Below, in pieces: positions 19,015 through 28,728 of a stretch of DNA of 64,000 nucleotides. Numbering within the stretch: the first letter of the stretch is position 1; each line of letters begins with the position of its first letter. A model generated the notes under the pieces. That model was not told the DNA's origin. It saw only the letters and a list, made by a program, of their open reading frames with translations, and searched no databases. Position numbers and translations under genes: made by a program. Source of the DNA: Bifidobacterium sp. (GTDB taxonomy: Bacteria > Actinomycetota > Actinomycetes > Actinomycetales > Bifidobacteriaceae); the NCBI GenBank assembly GCA_024104275.1, contig JAGGHK010000007.1:1654-65653 (forward strand), read 5' to 3'.

Positions 19015-21507
19015 TTAGTACATCGCAACGTGGTTGATGTAGAGGGAGTGGTTGGGCAGGGAGTCCATGGGGACCCAGAGCAGGAAGTCCTGGGACTTGA
19101 CGGGCTTCTGCAGCTTGACCTCGGTGGTGCCGCTTTGGTCGAAGGTGAACTGCGCGACGCGCTGGCCGGCGTTCGGGTCCTGCGCGGAATTGGCGATGAG
19201 GTAGCCGGTGCCGCCGGACGTGCGGATCTGAACGACAAAGCGGGTGACGGTGGCCGGCTGGCTGATGTGCATGTAATACGCCAAGCCGTCCTGTCCGGCC
19301 GGGCTCTGATAGAACTCCTGCTTGTCGATGGTCAACGGCGTATTGTTCACGGGAATCGAAGGCGTGGGTACGGCGTTGGCGATCTTGTCGGCCCGCTTCA
19401 CCTTGGAGCCGGAACCGGCCTCGGACTTTGACGCAGATCCGTCCGAAGTCTCGGATGAGGAGGTGCCGCCCTGCTTGTTGGAATTGCCGGAATTGTCGCT
19501 ACTGCCGGCGTTTTGGTCCGCGTTGTCGCCTCCGTTGCCTTCCGCTCCGAAAGGCACGTTGTTGAGGTTCATCTTGGGCCACGGGTCGGAGCTGGATCGC
19601 TGGTAGGAACCGGTGCCCTTGCTGTTGTGGTCGATCAGTACGAACGCGGCGACTCCTGCGGCCGCAAGAATCAGCACGATGACGGCGATGATGGCGACGA
19701 CCTTGGTCGTGAGCTTGCCCAAAAGCGGGGTATCGGCGATGTCGTCGCCGGTCGGGTTGTCGGATTCCTGCTGGGTTTTCTGCGCGGGCGTGAAGCTGGG
19801 AGGCGTGATCACCGGGTTGGCGGCGTCGATTGCTTCCTGCTCGGCTTGCAGCGCGGCCGCGGACTCGTGTCCGGGCTCGATGAAATTGCCGTCGGCGTCG
19901 AGCAGCGGGATGCGGCCCGTCGCCTCGGTGCGGTTGCCGGGGGTGGTGTCGTGCGCGTTGGGGGTGTTGCCCTTCATCGCAAAGTCGAATTGCATCGTGG
20001 GATTGGTGGTCTGCACGGTGTTCTGGTCGAAGTCCGGGAAAATGGAATCGTCGGCCGTGGAATCGAAGGATTTGAAAGCGTCCGCCATCTCCGCGGCGGC
20101 CAGATCGTGCAGATCCATGCGCGGGGCTGCGGCGTTGTCGAGGTCGTTGGAAACGGTCTGGTTGCCGCCCGACTTGCCGCGTTGACGCCACCATCTCGAA
20201 GACCTGTCTTGTGCAGGGGAGGCCGGATTCGCGTTTTGTGCGGCAGAGGAATGGACACTTGGGTTGTTTGCGCCGGAAACCGTTGAAACGGCCAGGCTGC
20301 CTGACGCGGCACCGCTTTCGGCGGGCAATGGCGACGAGACGTTTTGCGCTGAAGCCGCGTTTGAAGCGGCCGACGCGTTGCCGATATCGCCGGAATTTCC
20401 GTTGGTGTTCCCGCCTTCGGATTTCGGTTGGTTCGCGGAGCCGAGCTTAACCGGGTTGGCATTCCCTTGCGCGGCGGCAGGTGCTGTAGGAGATGCGGAA
20501 GCGGCGGGAGAACCGGCAGGAGCGGCTCCTGCGCCCGCATGTTTTTGCGCTGCGTCCGCCAGAGCACTAGCACCCGCGGCTGCAGCGACGCCATTGGCCG
20601 CCGCCGACTCTGCGGCGCTGGCCGCCTGACGCGCGCGGAACTGCAGCTGGTTGGTCGAAAGGTTCTGCGGGAAATCAAGCAGATTGGCCGGCCGTGCCCT
20701 GCGCAACCGAAGTCGCGAGATGGAAGCCTCGCCGTCGGAATTCGGCCGTTTCAGTTCTTTTGCAGGAAGTTTCGCCACCGGTTTGGCATCGCCGAGCAGG
20801 GCGACGAGTTCGGAAAGGGAAACCATCGAAAGGGTGGGGCTCCCGTCCGCACCCTTGATGGGCAATCCGCGTTCGCAGATGATGCGCAATTCTTCCGGGG
20901 TGTCTTCCGGAAGTGCGGAAAGGTCGAAATCCTTGATTTCCGCGCTCCATTTGCCGGTGAGCATGGCATAAAGCAGACCGGCGAGTTCGTGGACGGCCAG
21001 CATTTCCGGTTCCAGGTGCTGTTCGTCAGGACTATTGACGAACATCGCTTCGAGCGGGGCATCGGCGATCTGAACGCCCTTGGATGTAATACGTATAATA
21101 TCGGTGCTCAAAGCCCGCATCTTCACGTCGTCGCGAAGCAGCGTTTCCAAGCCATCGGCGACTTCGGCGAGGATGGAACGCATCGCTTCGCTTCCAAGCT
21201 TGCGCGTGCCATGGCCGATGTAATTGTTGAGCGAAAGCCCCTGGTCGAGATGCGTGATGAGCACAGGGATGTCACCGACGTGCTGCATCTGGATGACCTG
21301 CGTGAAATGCGGGTTGCGCGAAAGGGTGAGCGTCGATGCGATGGCCTCGAAGCTCGGAATCGCGGCCTTGTCGGTGACGATGAACAGCTGGCAGTCACGC
21401 GCGAGAACACGGTCGTTGGCCTTCCAAGCTTCGAGCCCGGGTATGCTACGCAGCGGCGACACCAACGTATATCTGCTGATGACGATATCTCCCAGCTGTG
21501 GCTTCAT
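19015..21507 (-). CDS. MurJ-associated pseudokinase-like membrane protein
   Basis: N-terminal kinase-like fold (W.A.D.VL.R) lacking canonical HRD/DFG, long Ala/Ser/Asn linker, one TM and a C-terminal extracellular domain; GAGGA SD; adjacent to murJ. Confidence 0.8.
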   Translation of the reverse strand: MKPQLGDIVISRYTLVSPLRSIPGLEAWKANDRVLARDCQLFIVTDKAAIPSFEAIASTLTLSRNPHFTQVIQMQHVGDIPVLITHLDQGLSLNNYIGHGTRKLGSEAMRSILAEVADGLETLLRDDVKMRALSTDIIRITSKGVQIADAPLEAMFVNSPDEQHLEPEMLAVHELAGLLYAMLTGKWSAEIKDFDLSALPEDTPEELRIICERGLPIKGADGSPTLSMVSLSELVALLGDAKPVAKLPAKELKRPNSDGEASISRLRLRRARPANLLDFPQNLSTNQLQFRARQAASAAESAAANGVAAAAGASALADAAQKHAGAGAAPAGSPAASASPTAPAAAQGNANPVKLGSANQPKSEGGNTNGNSGDIGNASAASNAASAQNVSSPLPAESGAASGSLAVSTVSGANNPSVHSSAAQNANPASPAQDRSSRWWRQRGKSGGNQTVSNDLDNAAAPRMDLHDLAAAEMADAFKSFDSTADDSIFPDFDQNTVQTTNPTMQFDFAMKGNTPNAHDTTPGNRTEATGRIPLLDADGNFIEPGHESAAALQAEQEAIDAANPVITPPSFTPAQKTQQESDNPTGDDIADTPLLGKLTTKVVAIIAVIVLILAAAGVAAFVLIDHNSKGTGSYQRSSSDPWPKMNLNNVPFGAEGNGGDNADQNAGSSDNSGNSNKQGGTSSSETSDGSASKSEAGSGSKVKRADKIANAVPTPSIPVNNTPLTIDKQEFYQSPAGQDGLAYYMHISQPATVTRFVVQIRTSGGTGYLIANSAQDPNAGQRVAQFTFDQSGTTEVKLQKPVKSQDFLLWVPMDSLPNHSLYINHVAMY

Positions 21508-21667
21508 AATGTCCTCGACCCTACGCAAACAAATGTAAAAAGTATCAGGCGGCAAACCGCCCCTCTTATTCTATCCGTGGCTGTAGCCGTGGCGGGAGAT
21601 TTTGTGGCAAAGTTTCGTGTCGATTTGTCGGGCGATTTTGGCTTGGCCTGTCCGGATTCGCGTCGTC

Positions 21668-24280
21668 TCAGCGTGCGTGGTGACGGGCGGCTTTGGAAAT
21701 CTCGGCCTCGAAGGCCGTCTCCTCGTCCAGGGAAGCAGGCGGCAAACCCAACGATGCCGGGGTTAGCCAAGCGAAATTATCGGTTGAGATCGAAGGTTTG
21801 GAACCGGATTCTGCCGGGGGCTGCGGTTGGGCATCTCCATCGTCGCTGGCGACATCGGCGTCGGTTTCGGCGTTGGCATGCCCATGTGCCATGTCTGCGG
21901 CGTCGAAAAGCGGCTTGATCTCAGAGGCCGGGCGCTCGCTATAAGGCGAATCGGCGGAATCGATGGGTTCGATGGGAAGTGGCGGAAACTGTGTCTCGTC
22001 GGCTCTGCTTGATTTTGAAAGCGCGGAAACGGAAGAGAATGTCAGGTCATCGGATATTTCGGAATCCGGGAACGGGCTCGGCTTTTGGGGTTTCGAATTG
22101 GCGGGCGACGGCTTGGCGTCTTGAGACGTTGGTGCGGATTCGGCGATATCGTCCGTCCCTTCGCCGATTGGCTGATTGCCGCGCGCAATATTACTATTCG
22201 ATGAAATATAGTCCAATGGATTGAAACCGACCGGGGCATAATGCCGGGCGCGAACTACTCCGAACGGAAATTTACCGTCCTCGGATTGAGGGGACCTCGT
22301 TTCCGTATCGGTGCTGTTGGCGTTCGTGAAAGGCATGCCCTCTACTGTAGTTGCGTTGTCTGTGAGCGGTGAGCCGGATTTTTCTTGAGTTTGTGCCATA
22401 TTATGGGCATTTGCATCGGGCGCGTCCGGTTCGACTGGATGGGGTGGGTCTGGTTCTGTGGCGTCGGGCGCGTCCGGTTCGGTAGGCACGTCCATATTGC
22501 CGGGAATACCTGCGTTTTCGATTTCCTCCACCTTTGCGGAATCGTCTTTCTGACGACTATCGAAAAGATCCTCGCCATGTTCGCTGCCGCCGCCGGGAAT
22601 CTCTCCTCCGGGAAGCCTGATGCCGAATTTGCCGGCCAGCGAGCGGGCGATCGGCATCAGTTCCTGCGTGCGAAGCACCCATAGCGTACCCACATAAAGC
22701 AGGGCGATGACGATGGCGAGCACGCAGCACACGCCGACGGCCTGGAACCAGTTCATATGCCCGCCGCGCACGCCCGCACCCGGCTCGATGTCGGCTCCGA
22801 ACAGCCCGTAGACTGGATAACGCAGCAGCATGCCGCCTGCGATCGCAACGAGCGAGGCGATGATGCCTTTGGCGAATGCCGTGGCGATGCGCTTGCCATC
22901 GAGCCGGCCGTTGAACCGTTTCCGCACCATATAGACGATGACAGGGAAGGCGAAGATGAACGACAGCGACATCGTGACGCCCACGGTGGTGGCCCAGTTG
23001 AACGGCGAGATGAACAGGATCGCGATGACAATCATCAGCGCCTGCCCGCCCGAGACCAGCAGGGTGAAGAAGAAGGGATGGTAGCCGTCTTCGAAGGCAT
23101 AGAACGTGCGTTGGATGATGAGATAGGTCGAGGAGAACGGCAGGCCGATGGACAGCGCGGCCAAAGGCCCGGCCATCAGTACCGCTTCCTTGACGCTGAC
23201 GCTGGGCAACAGGGCAAGCGTGATCGGCGTGGGGATGACGATGAACATCACGCTGAACAGGCACATCATCAGCCAGACGTTGCGCAGCGAGCCGCTGAGG
23301 TCCTCTCGTGCGCCGTCGATGTCGTGGTCGGCGATGGCCTGCGAGATCTTGGGGAACATCGCCGTGGCGACGGACGTGGCAATCAGCGAATAGGGCAGGA
23401 TATAGATGGTGTTGGCGTTCCAATAGCTCGCGTTGCCGGCCATATCGAGCGCGTTGAGATGAAGTTCGGCCGCCTTGCCAGGCACGCTGGTGAGCACGCG
23501 CTGGTTGACGATGGTCTGCAGCTGGTCGACCACGACGATGCCGATGCCCCAGGCCGCCACCGATCCCATCGAACGCAGGCCGAAGCCGTGGATGCCCCAG
23601 CTTGGCCGGTAATGAAGGCCGATTTTGCGCAGCGGCAGGAACAGGATCAGCGCCTGAAAAGCGACGCCCAGCGTCCATGCGCCCGCGGTCAGGGCGATTT
23701 TCTCGCTGGTCCAGAAGCTCAGGGGTTGCGTGTTCGCGTGGCCGAACATGAAGATGAAGACCGTGAAACCGATGCAGCTGATGACGTTGGCGCCCACCGA
23801 GCTCCAGGCGTAGGTGCCGAAATGGTCTTTGGCAGCGAGAATCTGGCCGAGAACGGTGTAAAGGCCATAGAAGAAAATCTGCGGGACGCACCAGAAGGTG
23901 AACGAGGTGGCGAGGGCCAGCATATCGTGATTGCCGTTGACGTAGAGGCGCGTAAGCGGAGGCGTGAGCAGCGCCACGAGCAGCGTGACGCCCAGCAGCA
24001 AGGCGATGGCGAGGGTGACGAGCTTGTTGAGCCGATCCTGCGCGTCCTTTTTTTTGAGCGTACGCACGATCTGCGGCACGAGCACCGCGTTGAAAATGCC
24101 GCCGGAAACCAGGGTGAAGATGACTTGGGGAATCTGTGAACCGGCTTGGTAGGCGTCGGCTGCCAAGCCCGTCGTGCCGAGGGCCGCGGCGAGCAGGATG
24201 GTGCGAACCTGGCCCGTGATGCGGCTTGCGGCCGTCCCCACGGCCATAACCATCGAATTATGACCTACAGATGAGCTCAT
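21668..24280 (-). CDS. murJ: lipid II flippase MurJ (MviN) with a long acidic C-terminal tail
   Basis: GTAASRITGQVR, SGGIFNAVLVPQIV, PQIFFYG, ATAMFPKIS; many TM segments. Confidence 0.93.
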   Translation of the reverse strand: MSSSVGHNSMVMAVGTAASRITGQVRTILLAAALGTTGLAADAYQAGSQIPQVIFTLVSGGIFNAVLVPQIVRTLKKKDAQDRLNKLVTLAIALLLGVTLLVALLTPPLTRLYVNGNHDMLALATSFTFWCVPQIFFYGLYTVLGQILAAKDHFGTYAWSSVGANVISCIGFTVFIFMFGHANTQPLSFWTSEKIALTAGAWTLGVAFQALILFLPLRKIGLHYRPSWGIHGFGLRSMGSVAAWGIGIVVVDQLQTIVNQRVLTSVPGKAAELHLNALDMAGNASYWNANTIYILPYSLIATSVATAMFPKISQAIADHDIDGAREDLSGSLRNVWLMMCLFSVMFIVIPTPITLALLPSVSVKEAVLMAGPLAALSIGLPFSSTYLIIQRTFYAFEDGYHPFFFTLLVSGGQALMIVIAILFISPFNWATTVGVTMSLSFIFAFPVIVYMVRKRFNGRLDGKRIATAFAKGIIASLVAIAGGMLLRYPVYGLFGADIEPGAGVRGGHMNWFQAVGVCCVLAIVIALLYVGTLWVLRTQELMPIARSLAGKFGIRLPGGEIPGGGSEHGEDLFDSRQKDDSAKVEEIENAGIPGNMDVPTEPDAPDATEPDPPHPVEPDAPDANAHNMAQTQEKSGSPLTDNATTVEGMPFTNANSTDTETRSPQSEDGKFPFGVVRARHYAPVGFNPLDYISSNSNIARGNQPIGEGTDDIAESAPTSQDAKPSPANSKPQKPSPFPDSEISDDLTFSSVSALSKSSRADETQFPPLPIEPIDSADSPYSERPASEIKPLFDAADMAHGHANAETDADVASDDGDAQPQPPAESGSKPSISTDNFAWLTPASLGLPPASLDEETAFEAEISKAARHHAR

Positions 24281-27240
24281 TCGTCGGGATCTTTCTTACG
24301 GTTGAATTGGCGCCACAGGCCGAGCGCGCCCAGGACCAGCGCGATGGCTATGAAAATGATGCCGCTCATGTCGCTTAAACGCAAGGTGCTGGTGATGCGA
24401 GTCGATTGCGGGGCCGAGAACGCATCTCCCCTGCGGTCGGTTAGCGTCAGGTGCGCCGTCGCCGTGCCGCTCGTTGAAACTCGGACGTTGAACGTGGTCT
24501 GGGCCTCGCTGCGCGCGGGTATGGAAAGCGTGGCAAAGCGCGTCGTAACGATTTCCATCGAATCGGAAAGCGAGGAGATTTTGACCGTCACGGGGTAAGG
24601 GTGGTTGTTGCTCACCGTCACCGGCATTTTCGCGGACTCGCTCAAAACGGTGATGGATTCCGACGGAGTGATCTTGATGCCGTCCATCAGCTGGGAGGCC
24701 AGATTCTGGGCGCTCGCGTTCATGCGCTTGGCCATGGCGTCGCTGCTGGAAAGGGCGTGCAAGGCGATGGAGCTTTGCAGGGTGGAGATGGCGGCCATCC
24801 AGTCGCAGCCGTTCTTCGAGCGCTTTGCCGTCGCGTCCGCGTCTTGGCGGGCCAAGGCCTGCGCGTCGCCGGTGTCGGTTTTGCCGCCGTTGGCGTTGCC
24901 GTTCGCGTTGTTAGCGTTGCCATTGGCCTGATTGTTACCGTTGGCGCCGTTGCCGGCATTGGTGTTTGAAGGCGAGGAAGGCGAAGCGTTGCCGGATTTA
25001 TTTGTATTACCGGACTTGTTGGAACCATCCGCCTTCGAGGATGGCGAATTCCCAGGCTGACCCGCTGTTCCTCCTGCGTTCGCAGCCGAGCCGGAGCCGG
25101 AATTCGATCCGGAGCCGGACCCCGTGTTTGAAGCGGATCCCGAGCCTGCCTTGCTTCCGGATTGAGTCCCCGACGAACCGCTTTGCCCGCCTTGCGTTTT
25201 CGAATTGCCCGAATTGCCCGAATTGCCCGAATTGCCCGAATTGCCTGAATCCCCGGACGTTCCCGAGCTTGACGAATCGGACGAAGATTCATCAAGAATG
25301 GAGTTGGTGAACCGGTCGATGTCGTTTTTGCTTGCGGTGAGTGTGGCAAGTGTGTGGCGAATGTCTTGGAGCGTGGAAGCGTGAATATCTGATGAATCGG
25401 GCACCAGCGCGTTCGCTTTTTCCCCGGAAAGATAGGCTTCCGCCTGGCTCAGATCGCCCATATTGCTCAGCTTCAGCCAAGGAGCCTGCTCCACCGTCTG
25501 CATCAGCGTATCCGCGTCCTGTGCGTTGCTTTCGGAATCGGCGGTGGTGGTGTCGAAGCAGACCAGCAGGTTGCGTGTGGCATAGGGGCTTTCCATCTGG
25601 TAGAACGCGCTCTGGGCCATGAATCGTGCAAGCCGTCCGGCGGAACTGGATTCCCCGTCAACGTTTTTGTCCGTTGGCAAGCCTCTCGCCAGACGGCTCA
25701 GCTCGTCCTGAGCGGTGAGAACGGTGACGTCGCCCGCGGTTGTGTGAATGAGGTATTTGCCGGTGCGAATGGTGGAATTTGTATTACCGTCGCCGGCACC
25801 TGTCGCATCGGGCGCGATGACGGTGGAATATCCCTGCTGTCTGGCCGTTGCCAGCGAATTCATCGTCCATTGTCCGCGTCCCGGCCAAGCGTAAGACGGC
25901 GTATTCGCGTTGGCGTCACCGAGTGCGGCGCGGTATTCCTTCAGTCCCGTTTCCGCGTTCCAAGCGGTGTCTGCGATGCCGGCTTTTTCGTAAGCGCTGC
26001 CGTCGTTAACGGCTGAATATGCGGTGATGTCGAAATTGCCGGGCTGCATGATGCCGTTGGTTTTTGGCGGTACAGGAAGGCTTTGGGCCAGTGTCGGGTC
26101 GGTGATGACCTGCAGGCCCTGGTGTTTGTTGACCAATTGCTCGACGGTTTGCGAAAGCTTACGGGTACCGAGGATTTTCGCGCTATCGCCCTCCCCTGCG
26201 GTCATGAACTGCGTGAGTTTCTGGCCGTCGACCTGCCAGCCGTCGCTGGTCAGCGGCATGGCCATCGTGATGTCCATCGGCGGGGTGTTGGCCGTCTGAA
26301 GGCCGTCGGTGGAACGGGTCAGGAACGTGTGGGTGACATTGAGGTAGTTGCCCTGCGGCTTTGAAGAAGCGTCGTTGCCCTCGCTCGAATCCCGAACGAA
26401 GGAATAGTCGATGCGCACGGGCTTTGGACCCCACGAAAGCATGTTTTTCAGGCTCTGCTGGTCGGGGTTCGCGTCGATGGTGACGCTGGTTTTCTCGCCT
26501 TTTGCGATTGGCGGGACATTGGCCTGCCCTATTTGGTTGGGTACCTGGATTCGTGAATTCCCTTGCGCCCAGTCCTGCAGGTCCGTCAGCGAGACGAAAT
26601 TGTAATAGTCATTGACGGCCACGCTCAATGTGCCCGCTGGGATCGCGCTGTTGCTGAGGTTTTTGATGGCCACGCTCAGGTGGTAGCCGGAATTCGACGT
26701 GACCACGGGCGTCGAGGCCGCAACGGTCACTTCGGCTTCATTCTCCGCGTTCTCGCTGTCTTGCTCGCTGGACGACGAGTCGCCTTGGCCGTTACCGCCC
26801 GTCTCGTTTTGGAGCGATCGTCTTGAAAGCGAGGAATTCGAGGAGCGGGGCGATGCTGCTTGCAGGCTCGGCGATTGGTTTGTCGAAGACCCGTTTTGCT
26901 GCGGCGCATTGGGTTGGGTGGGCGTCGTCGGTTGGGGCTTATTCGTATTGGTGCTGCCGTTCGGCGTGGAGGGGGAGGTAGGGGTTTGCGCGGTACCGGA
27001 CCCGCCGGGCTGTGAAGTGCCGCTGGAAGGCGGAGTCGCTTCCCCGGGGTCCGCAGCGAACGCGGCATTCGGGGAAAAAACGAGCGCGGCCGCGCACAGC
27101 AGGGCTATGACGGACGAAACAATCGCCGAAATCCGAGTGGAGACGGGCGATTGTTTCTTGTGTCTATTGGTGCGGGCGACGCAGGGGTGCGAGTGTTTCA
27201 ACCTTCTGCCTGCCTGTTCAGTTTCTTGGCGTAAAGCCAC
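24277..27240 (-). CDS. DUF6049 family membrane-anchored protein
   Basis: Position between NUDIX and murJ, N-terminal signal/TM, PVTVSNNHPYPVTV motif and C-terminal TM; start uncertain. Confidence 0.8.
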   Translation of the reverse strand: MALRQETEQAGRRLKHSHPCVARTNRHKKQSPVSTRISAIVSSVIALLCAAALVFSPNAAFAADPGEATPPSSGTSQPGGSGTAQTPTSPSTPNGSTNTNKPQPTTPTQPNAPQQNGSSTNQSPSLQAASPRSSNSSLSRRSLQNETGGNGQGDSSSSEQDSENAENEAEVTVAASTPVVTSNSGYHLSVAIKNLSNSAIPAGTLSVAVNDYYNFVSLTDLQDWAQGNSRIQVPNQIGQANVPPIAKGEKTSVTIDANPDQQSLKNMLSWGPKPVRIDYSFVRDSSEGNDASSKPQGNYLNVTHTFLTRSTDGLQTANTPPMDITMAMPLTSDGWQVDGQKLTQFMTAGEGDSAKILGTRKLSQTVEQLVNKHQGLQVITDPTLAQSLPVPPKTNGIMQPGNFDITAYSAVNDGSAYEKAGIADTAWNAETGLKEYRAALGDANANTPSYAWPGRGQWTMNSLATARQQGYSTVIAPDATGAGDGNTNSTIRTGKYLIHTTAGDVTVLTAQDELSRLARGLPTDKNVDGESSSAGRLARFMAQSAFYQMESPYATRNLLVCFDTTTADSESNAQDADTLMQTVEQAPWLKLSNMGDLSQAEAYLSGEKANALVPDSSDIHASTLQDIRHTLATLTASKNDIDRFTNSILDESSSDSSSSGTSGDSGNSGNSGNSGNSGNSKTQGGQSGSSGTQSGSKAGSGSASNTGSGSGSNSGSGSAANAGGTAGQPGNSPSSKADGSNKSGNTNKSGNASPSSPSNTNAGNGANGNNQANGNANNANGNANGGKTDTGDAQALARQDADATAKRSKNGCDWMAAISTLQSSIALHALSSSDAMAKRMNASAQNLASQLMDGIKITPSESITVLSESAKMPVTVSNNHPYPVTVKISSLSDSMEIVTTRFATLSIPARSEAQTTFNVRVSTSGTATAHLTLTDRRGDAFSAPQSTRITSTLRLSDMSGIIFIAIALVLGALGLWRQFNRKKDPDE
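25201..25245. repeat. coding VNTR, 5 x 9 bp (Gly-Asn-Ser)
   Basis: CGAATTGCC x5 perfect, inside the DUF6049 gene. Confidence 0.95.
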
Positions 27241-27854
27241 GCGATTTTACGTTCGTTAGGATAGCTCAGCACTCGGTCAAGGTCGTCGAAATCCACCCAG
27301 ATGGCGTCTTCCGCCTCGTGGTCGGGGTCGCCTTCGACGGTCAGGCTGCCGCCGATTTGACGTAATGCAAAATGGTGGACCAGCTTATGCACGCGTTCGG
27401 ACTGGCCAGTGAACCAATAGTCGATGGTGGCGATGGAATCGATGACTTCGCCCAATATGCCGGTTTCCTCGTGTACCTCACGTACCGCTGTCTGCTCGGG
27501 CGTCTCGCCTTTTTCGATATGACCTTTCGGCAGGCACCATTCAAGATGGCCGCTGCGTGAGTGACGTGCAATCAGCGCGACACGGTTATGGGTGTCGAAA
27601 ATCAAGCCGCCGGCTGAATATTCTCGGGCCACGGGTAGTTCCTGGGCGTCCAATGTGGCAAATTTCATCGGCCCATGGACGGCGCGATGGTGTGGCATCA
27701 TCTTCGGCGTCGGCGCTCCGTCGGGCTCGATGAAGCGGACGATATGCCCCTCGGACTGGGAAGTATAAAGGAGTTTGTCTTGCTTATCTTCGTTTTGGGC
27801 ATGGTCGCCCGAGGCATTGGCCATCATGCGGGCCAGGTCTGCGGGCGTAATCAT
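27198..27854 (-). CDS. NUDIX hydrolase
   Basis: Nudix box GHIEKGETPEQTAVREVHEETGI. Confidence 0.93.
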   Translation of the reverse strand: MITPADLARMMANASGDHAQNEDKQDKLLYTSQSEGHIVRFIEPDGAPTPKMMPHHRAVHGPMKFATLDAQELPVAREYSAGGLIFDTHNRVALIARHSRSGHLEWCLPKGHIEKGETPEQTAVREVHEETGILGEVIDSIATIDYWFTGQSERVHKLVHHFALRQIGGSLTVEGDPDHEAEDAIWVDFDDLDRVLSYPNERKIAWLYAKKLNRQAEG

Positions 27855-27975
27855 ACCTCCAGCTTACTCAGAAGGATGTGCAGGTAGGGTAACGGGATGC
27901 TTTTCGGCCTGATGGTTTGTTTTAGCGATGGTGCCGGACCGGTTCGTGCGTATTGTGATACGTTATCTTGCGATG

Positions 27976-28150
27976 TTCTTCAATGATGTCCATTTGCGCT
28001 CGCTAGATGGTCGTATTTGCAGATAATTGCCGAGGAATGTCCATCAGGCTGATGCTTCTGTCAATATATTCTGGTTATTCTCCAAATATGTCCATTCAGC
28101 GACGCTTTACGGACATATTTGAGGGCTATTGCTGAGAAATACCCATAACC
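27976..28150. repeat. degenerate 51-bp tandem array
   Basis: ATGTCCAT at 27986, 28037 and 28088, ATACCCAT at 28139; perfect inverted repeat CAAATATGTCC/GGACATATTTG within the third unit. Confidence 0.7.
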
Positions 28151-28217
28151 CTGCTTGAAATGTACGGAAACCAGAGAGGTCGGCCTAGCCGTAGGTGGCG
28201 CACGTCCGTCGTAGGCA

Positions 28218-28315
28218 CTGGTCTTTCGCTCCTGTGCCCTGCCGCAACCTGAGGACCAATATCCGTGTCAACGAAACCGGCGTCTGGTCTTTCGCTTCTG
28301 TGCCCTGCCGCAACC
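28218..28315. repeat. 32-bp direct repeat with 66-bp period
   Basis: CTGGTCTTTCGCT(C/T)CTGTGCCCTGCCGCAACC at 28218 and 28284. Confidence 0.9.
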
Positions 28316-28445
28316 GTTGCCCGCCATCCGTGCTCTGTTAATGCCCCTAACCGGTCACTAGTGCCACAAGACGTACATTATTTCGATTGAAAACCTACGG
28401 GAGAGGGCGGTATTGACCGGTTTGTGGCATTAAGGATGGTGTGTG

Positions 28446-28531
28446 TCGGGCTGGTTGACGGATGGCCGAGTGGTCGGGGAGGTTGTGTATCGGGCTGGTT
28501 GACGGATGGCCGAGTGGCCGGGGAGGTTGTG
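28446..28531. repeat. 44-bp tandem duplication
   Basis: TCGGGCTGGTTGACGGATGGCCGAGTGG(T/C)CGGGGAGGTTGTG at 28446 and 28490. Confidence 0.92.
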
Positions 28532-28728
28532 CGGATTTGCTGGTTTCCTGCGAGGTGGCAAGTGCGGCTTCTTTGGTCAGTTTCGTCATTGCATACGGCG
28601 TGGGGTCGTCACCGTCCGGCGTGCCTATGACGGCTCGCTCGTTGACGTGTTCCTTGCTGCGGATTGGCGGGGGGCAATGGTGACGGTATGCTGGAAGGCG
28701 CGTGAAATTCGAACGTTGGAGGCAAATC

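Noticed and set aside
20428-24139. Long ORFs 20428-21918 (+), 22557-23891 (-) and 22757-24139 (+)
   Set aside because: Alternative-frame or antisense shadows of the pseudokinase and murJ; no recognisable domains.
28218-28315. Possible mini-CRISPR (32-bp repeat with 34-bp spacer)
   Set aside because: Only two repeats; the spacer and the following sequence share ATCCGTG at a similar offset (tandem duplication); the repeat lacks a clear stem; no cas genes in the window.
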